Assembly (NCBI GenBank): GCA_963786935.1
Contig: CAWBAN010000002.1
Coordinates: 1-64,000, forward strand
DNA from: an uncultured bacterium
GTDB taxonomy: Bacteria > Krumholzibacteriota > Krumholzibacteriia > Krumholzibacteriales > Krumholzibacteriaceae
Reading direction: 5' to 3'
DNA: 64,000 nt
The notes under the pieces were generated by a model. It did no database searches, was not told the DNA's origin, and saw only the letters and a list, made by a program, of their open reading frames with translations. Position 1 is the first letter of the stretch. Each line of letters begins with the position of its first letter. Position numbers and translations under genes: made by a program. Positions 63,916-64,000 of this stretch are shown piece by piece.

Positions 63916-64000
63916 CTACCTGTTCAGCATGAAGCGGACGAAATAGCGCCCGCCCTCGACCGTGCGCTTGTATTTCTTCTCGATGGTCGCGAGCTCCTCG
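63916..64000 (-). CDS. 3' end of an upstream gene (partial)
   Basis: ..EELATIEKKYKRTVEGGRYFVRFMLNR*. Confidence 0.5.
   Translation of the reverse strand, partial: EELATIEKKYKRTVEGGRYFVRFMLNR

Overview
High-GC bacterial chromosome segment. An FCB-superphylum lineage such as Ca. Krumholzibacteriota is inferred from secreted proteins with PNPFNP/FlgD-Ig tails and a C-terminal TWGxIKxLF motif. Bases 1-3.9 kb are a lower-GC block of frameshifted genes. Bases 3.9-15.8 kb are a mosaic hotspot: three copies of an MTH1187-family gene end, a ~1.1 kb direct repeat, three ORF6N genes plus a remnant, and a family of DNA palindromes (core CRCA-N3-TGYG) found both upstream of and inside every ORF6N gene, read in different frames. 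Bases 15.8-45 kb hold outer-membrane and secreted proteins, fabH, pirin, a Trk/Ktr K+ uptake system, two DUF5916 paralogues, and BlaI/BlaR1 with operators; five units share an ECF-type promoter motif. Bases 45-51 kb encode a cytochrome c peroxidase, a Cyc2-like cytochrome-porin, a DUF438/hemerythrin/PAS protein and nrfHA, where NrfA has CXXCH at heme 1. Bases 52-53 kb carry a Cys-rich bacteriocin-like precursor with a small membrane partner. Bases 53.6-64 kb are an Mrp-linked group 4 [NiFe] hydrogenase operon. No rRNA, tRNA, CRISPR array, integrase, transposase or reverse transcriptase was recognised. All family calls come from motif recognition by eye, not database searches.
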